A stretch of DNA of 20,672 nt. It comes from an uncultured virus (IMG/VR IMGVR_UViG_2861330777_000001). Lineage: Duplodnaviria; Heunggongvirae; Uroviricota; Caudoviricetes. The stretch lies in the IMG/VR virus record IMGVR_UViG_2861330777_000001. One strand, given 5' to 3'. Below, one piece after another: positions 16,460 to 20,672 of this stretch. The number at the start of each line of letters is the position of its first letter. Position 1 is the stretch's first letter. The notes below the pieces were generated by a model. That model searched no databases. It saw only the letters and a program-made list of their open reading frames with translations, and had not been told where the DNA came from. Made by a program: the position numbers and the translations under genes.

Positions 16460-17074
16460 TCATTTTTTCCCCTCGTATTCCTTCACTTTTCTGTAAAATG
16501 TAGCCTTAGACATTCCCATTGTCTCCATAAATTTCACCGCTGATATCTCCCCTGCTTTCCACTGACTGTAATACTTTTTCCATTCTGTTGGTATTGCTAC
16601 TGCCGGCCTTCCGAACTTGACTCCATTCTTCATTGCTATTGCGATACCCTCTGCCGGCCTTGTCTTTATTCCTTCTCTTTCCTTCTCAGCAAATGCAGTA
16701 AGCAATGTAAGGATGATTTTTTGAATTGCCTGTTTCATAATGTCGTCCTGCTAGTTACTTGTATTAATCATAGGCTCTTTTATGAAACAAAGCTTGACAC
16801 CATTTTTAACAAACCAATCATATTCAATTAATGTCTCATTCATATTTCTACCCATTCGAGAGATAGAATCAAATACGACTGTATCCCCTTCACGAACCAT
16901 CTGCTTAAGTAGTAGATACTTAGGTCTTACAAAGTCTTTTCCGCTTGCCTTATCGATAAAAATATCACGTTCACCTATTCCTTTGTCTTTCATTGTCTCA
17001 ACTTGTCTTGCCTCGTTCTGCTCCTTAGAGGATACACGAACAGAGGTTAGTTTCATAGCAACTGACAATAACAT
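16460..17074 (-). pseudogene. Serine resolvase pseudogene (in-frame TAG at 16751-16753, damaged 5' end)
   Basis: The two ORFs share one frame: RVSSKEQN..GDTVVFDSISRMGRN and AFAEKERE...GVKFGRP...SKATFYR. The N-terminal GY before RVS is missing. Confidence 0.9.
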
Positions 17075-17093
17075 ACTTGATTAAATAAATTAC

Positions 17094-17136
17094 AAATAAG
17101 CTACCGCTAGTTTTACAGACTTATGGTAGCTTATTT
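17094..17136. terminator. Terminator after the two-gene nuclease unit
   Basis: AAATAAGCTACC-N19-GGTAGCTTATTT 12-bp stem. Confidence 0.65.
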
Positions 17137-18131
17137 TATAACTTCGCCCTATAAACAGTTGGTTTTAAGTTCAATGAGTCTTTAAGGTCACCTTCGACTC
17201 TATAGAACTTTCCTGAATTAGAATTATGGTCATATTCATAGACTCTATATAACTCATAGTTATTTGTATATTCTAAAGAAAACGCCAATTCATTAGCAGT
17301 TATTATAAACGGGGTATTAATTCCACCTTTTGTAGTTTTAACCTCTATGTATAATGAAGTACCATCCTCTTTAAAGGCTTCTATGTCATAGCCTGCTCCA
17401 TCTCCTTCTATGACTGAAGTATGAATAGTGTCATATCCTAAAACATTCTTGAGATGGTTAACAACTAATAATTCCCCTTTTAATCCAAGCTCAGAATTTC
17501 TTTTGCTGTTCTCAGCATAATCAACCTTGGTAGCATAAAAGCTTCTTGATTCTTTTGCTTTATCAGGCATCAAACTTGGTCGCTGAGTTTCGACTAAATG
17601 GTCTTTAACTAAATCCTCTTGATTGATTAAGGGTTCTAATGTTAAATCCATTCTATCTAATACATTCGAAGGAGGTACCTCCCAATCTATAATCTGCCAC
17701 TTAAAATAAACTGGTTGTTCCCTAGTTGTATCATGTGTAAGATACGCTAGTCTCCCCAAGTAAGTAAAGGGTTCAACTTGTTTAGTTAGACTATTCTTCT
17801 TTTTAGTTCTTAAAAATAGGTATATATTCTCTATTAAATGATTATGACTAATCAATTGCTTTATCACTTTATTATCCAGCGTCTGTTTAGGCTGAGATTG
17901 CCAAGTTAATATACCATCTTCAGTTATACTTTCATCAAAATCATGGCCTAGTTGTTTTTGTCCAAATGTTACAAAAAACACAAAGTCCTTTTTCCTTTTC
18001 GGAATCTTTACAAGTCCATGAAGTCCCCAATTTCCCGCTCCTATTGTAAATGGAGTTACACCATCAAAGATTTTATATACATCATCTCTAGAGTATTGGT
18101 CATATAAGTTGAGACGCTTAATTGACACCAT
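17136..18131 (-). CDS. DUF3427-like N-terminal domain fused to a DUF3883/NOV_C PD-(D/E)XK nuclease
   Basis: N-term YSRDDV...FFVTFG...TWQSQP...IYLFLR...FTYLG; C-term GLKGELLV...GDGAGYDIEAF...YIEVKTT...ITANE...LYRVY. ATG at 18131 after AGGAG. Confidence 0.8.
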   Translation of the reverse strand: MVSIKRLNLYDQYSRDDVYKIFDGVTPFTIGAGNWGLHGLVKIPKRKKDFVFFVTFGQKQLGHDFDESITEDGILTWQSQPKQTLDNKVIKQLISHNHLIENIYLFLRTKKKNSLTKQVEPFTYLGRLAYLTHDTTREQPVYFKWQIIDWEVPPSNVLDRMDLTLEPLINQEDLVKDHLVETQRPSLMPDKAKESRSFYATKVDYAENSKRNSELGLKGELLVVNHLKNVLGYDTIHTSVIEGDGAGYDIEAFKEDGTSLYIEVKTTKGGINTPFIITANELAFSLEYTNNYELYRVYEYDHNSNSGKFYRVEGDLKDSLNLKPTVYRAKL

Positions 18132-18146
18132 TTTCACTCCTAAACT

Positions 18147-18770
18147 CTATATCATTTGAATATTTTGAATTATAACTCTATCAATCTGATTATATTGTTG
18201 CTCATTAACGATTCCGTTTAAACATAGAGGAGGTCTTTGATTCCTAATTTTCGCTCGTTGTACAACAGTATCTGTATTAAAGAAACCGTATATTACAGAA
18301 ACAATTGCTTCATGATACCTAGTTATTGGCAACCTGACGCCTATCTTCCCTCTAATCCTAGGATAGTTTATTTCTTCCTGGCCTATTAACCAATACACTA
18401 GTTGTACAAATTGTCTCCCATTATAAGTGACATTACCAAATTCAATAGTAAATTGTGGATTCACTTGGGTATCTAAACCACTAATCAATATATCCATTAA
18501 AGTATTACTTAATTCTATCGCTTTGTCTAATCTTTGGTTCAGCGGAAACGAAAGTAAATAGTGCTCAATTGCATATATAATATCCCCATGAGAAAAGCTG
18601 TTACCATTAACACTTAATCTATAGTCTCCTCTCCCTTTATAAGTCGGATATTCTAAAATTAAATTTTCTACATCACACTCTGGTCGATATGTTAAATCAT
18701 AATTGTTAGTATTTTGGGGTACATTTCGGTAATTATTTTGCATTGTATCAATTAAAAAACTAAAAGGCAT
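18147..18770 (-). CDS. Hypothetical protein, probably co-transcribed with the nuclease
   Basis: 207-aa ORF, GGGAG RBS, 15 nt from the next start. Conserved-looking blocks YPTYKGRGDY, SHGDI, W...QEEINYP, RYHEA. Confidence 0.8.
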   Translation of the reverse strand: MPFSFLIDTMQNNYRNVPQNTNNYDLTYRPECDVENLILEYPTYKGRGDYRLSVNGNSFSHGDIIYAIEHYLLSFPLNQRLDKAIELSNTLMDILISGLDTQVNPQFTIEFGNVTYNGRQFVQLVYWLIGQEEINYPRIRGKIGVRLPITRYHEAIVSVIYGFFNTDTVVQRAKIRNQRPPLCLNGIVNEQQYNQIDRVIIQNIQMI

Positions 18771-19199
18771 TAGCTTCCATCTCCCATTTCTTTAGTTCAA
18801 TTGTATATCCAATTATTTACTAAAACAACTACATTACTAACTATCTAGCATTTATAGGGAACAAACGGTAACAGAAAAAAATTTTATTACCCCACCCCGT
18901 GCCGAATGTTCCCTTTAGTGACCAATAAAACATGGTAACGCTCGTTAACAAGCGAGAAAAATTCGAAAATTTATCAAGATACATACGAATCAAACTACTT
19001 TTCTATTACAATTTTCTAGAGAATATTACAAGTTTCGAACTTTGTTCGTATATCTCAAGATTATTATATTCTTTGATTTTTCATTAGGCATAGATTTATT
19101 CTTGGTTATACAAATGTGCTAGTGGCAATTCTAAGGATTCTTCTCTTAATCACCTAAACTCCCCATATAAATAGTACATTATAATCAACTAATATTTTT

Positions 19200-20672
19200 T
19201 TATTCAATAAACGGCTGTTCGTGTAATAATGCTACTAAAGTGCTCCCCTTCACCCAAACGTTTTGACGATACATCGCAATGTTATTTATCGTCACCGGCT
19301 TAATAGTTGAATCTTTTCCTGAGCCTCGAATAAATATGTCGTAATCTTTTGATTTTGGAAAATTAACAGACGTTTTCAATGTACCCGATTTATTTATTTG
19401 GGGTTTTCCATCCTTTCCATATTCAATTTCGTCTCGTAATTCGTTGTAATGAATTAAACGTCTTACTTCAAGCCATACTTGCTGCAAGTCTTGTTCAATT
19501 ATTGAATCTGGAAATACAAATCGTTTAAATCCTTGAAATTTGTTATCTAATAACTTCGCATCTGAGGACGGCTCCTCAAATAAAATAAATAATAATTGCT
19601 GTAATTTAAACGCTTGATACACCGCGGATTGTTCAAAAGTTGTATTCACTTCTGTCCACTCCTCAAAGTCGATAGGAAATAGTTTCGTATCTTCTGTACG
19701 TGTACCATTTTTCGTCATCGTCAAGGTTTTCGGTAAAAGCCCAATTTTATGAAACAACTCAATTTTACTTAGCTTTTTTGCTTTTCCTCCAAACATGCGC
19801 ACTATAATTTGCTCCGCGATAGATTTTGATACATCATTTTTTTTATTTAGTTTTATCGGAATTTGTAACTCATCCATTAGCTCACGAATCGTTTTCCCAC
19901 GATGCGACTTGGTTATTTGCTTTAACTTTTCATCAATTTGTGCAAACGATGTATAACTTTCCGTTAATTGCTCTAGCTTTTGACCGAAATGATTTTGCAC
20001 AATCGTTGAAACGGTAGTACGCTTTAAACGGAAACGTGGTCGGTTCGGCCATTTCGGTGCGATATCAATTAGCATTAACTGCTTGCGCAATTCAGAAGAA
20101 ATGCTGTGATATAGCTTCTCAGGCTTGGAGTAATTTTGCTGTAAGAATTCAATAAATGTTCGAACAAGTTCCCAGTCGTTTTGAAGCGTTTTTCTATCCT
20201 CTTCTGAAAAAGTATGGAAATGATAATCCTCAATAATGAAGTTGGCATATTCAAGAGCCGGTACTGTTTGTTCTGCTGCGTAATGATAGTAAACTAGCAA
20301 TAAATTCTGAAGCTTATGCCAAAAATTTGAGCTTTCAAAGTACTCCTCCACAATTCGTTCCGGCGAAACAGCCGTAATCGACATCGGCTCCTTCGCCTCA
20401 AATTCATGCTCACTTTTCTTTTTTGGTTTACGAATACCAGTTGTTTTCAGCTCAACAGGGACTCCATCTACAAGTAAATCAGCCTCTTGTTTCGAATCTG
20501 CAGGGTAACCTAGCACAGATTGTTCAATGACATCACCTGCGATTCCTGTAATTTTAGGTGAAATACGCGCACGGTCAAAAACTCGATTTTTATCAACTTC
20601 TCCTAACGATTTCCCTACAACATTATCCAAGATTTGATGCAACTGAGACTTTTTAAAAACATGTCCAGCCAT
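19200..20672 (-). CDS. Sau3AI/MutH-family type II restriction endonuclease (two MutH-like halves)
   Basis: G.AGDVIEQ..LGY..DS..EADL...ELKTT catalytic half; DWE, RFRLK and WVKG blocks; second degenerate half; 490 aa. The start sits at the window edge, so no RBS is visible. Confidence 0.9.
   Translation of the reverse strand: MAGHVFKKSQLHQILDNVVGKSLGEVDKNRVFDRARISPKITGIAGDVIEQSVLGYPADSKQEADLLVDGVPVELKTTGIRKPKKKSEHEFEAKEPMSITAVSPERIVEEYFESSNFWHKLQNLLLVYYHYAAEQTVPALEYANFIIEDYHFHTFSEEDRKTLQNDWELVRTFIEFLQQNYSKPEKLYHSISSELRKQLMLIDIAPKWPNRPRFRLKRTTVSTIVQNHFGQKLEQLTESYTSFAQIDEKLKQITKSHRGKTIRELMDELQIPIKLNKKNDVSKSIAEQIIVRMFGGKAKKLSKIELFHKIGLLPKTLTMTKNGTRTEDTKLFPIDFEEWTEVNTTFEQSAVYQAFKLQQLLFILFEEPSSDAKLLDNKFQGFKRFVFPDSIIEQDLQQVWLEVRRLIHYNELRDEIEYGKDGKPQINKSGTLKTSVNFPKSKDYDIFIRGSGKDSTIKPVTINNIAMYRQNVWVKGSTLVALLHEQPFIE

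Larger units (their letters stand above)
3650..20672. mobile_element. AT-rich defence/accessory genomic island (composite, several relic elements)
   Basis: GC drop after 3623, arm-like repeats at the left edge, several nuclease and R-M genes, several recombinase relics, near-total GATC depletion. Right limit uncertain. Confidence 0.75.

Noticed and set aside
19036..19048. CGAAC-TTT-GTTCG as a LexA (Cheo) box
   Set aside because: The spacer is 3 nt, whereas the Firmicutes consensus is CGAAC-N4-GTTCG. It remains a palindrome of unknown meaning.
6341..20017. Plus-strand ORFs 6341..6541, 8844..9200, 12848..13036, 15307..15492, 16782..17084 and 19826..20017
   Set aside because: All lie antisense to well-supported minus-strand genes and show no motifs.

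Overview
Low-GC Bacillales (Firmicutes) scaffold window with two parts joined across a 98-N assembly gap. (1) 1-~2935 is the right end of a prophage: two tandem paralogous small phage genes, an unlisted 58-aa ORF, an HTH replication-type gene and an intact tyrosine integrase followed by GTGACC arm-like repeats. It is inserted inside a host DUF3900/DUF3898-type gene whose 3' part runs 2934-3623. (2) ~3650-20672 is an AT-rich, layered defence/accessory island. It carries a DUF4062 protein, a GIY-YIG nuclease with five HTH repeats, a serine resolvase, a NucS-like PD-(D/E)XK protein, a lipoprotein, a 418-aa hypothetical beside an origin-like palindrome, a Sau3AI-type m5C methyltransferase, a DUF3427/DUF3883-like nuclease, two further hypotheticals and a Sau3AI/MutH-type endonuclease. 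The intergenic DNA holds relics the ORF track misses: three broken resolvases, a tyrosine integrase C-terminus, a 3' sufA/iscA fragment with att-like flanks and a NUMOD1 fragment. The clearest signal: by manual scan the only GATC in ~17 kb of island lies inside the -35 box of the methyltransferase's own promoter (TTGATC-17-TATAAT). Family assignments come from recognised motifs, not database searches.
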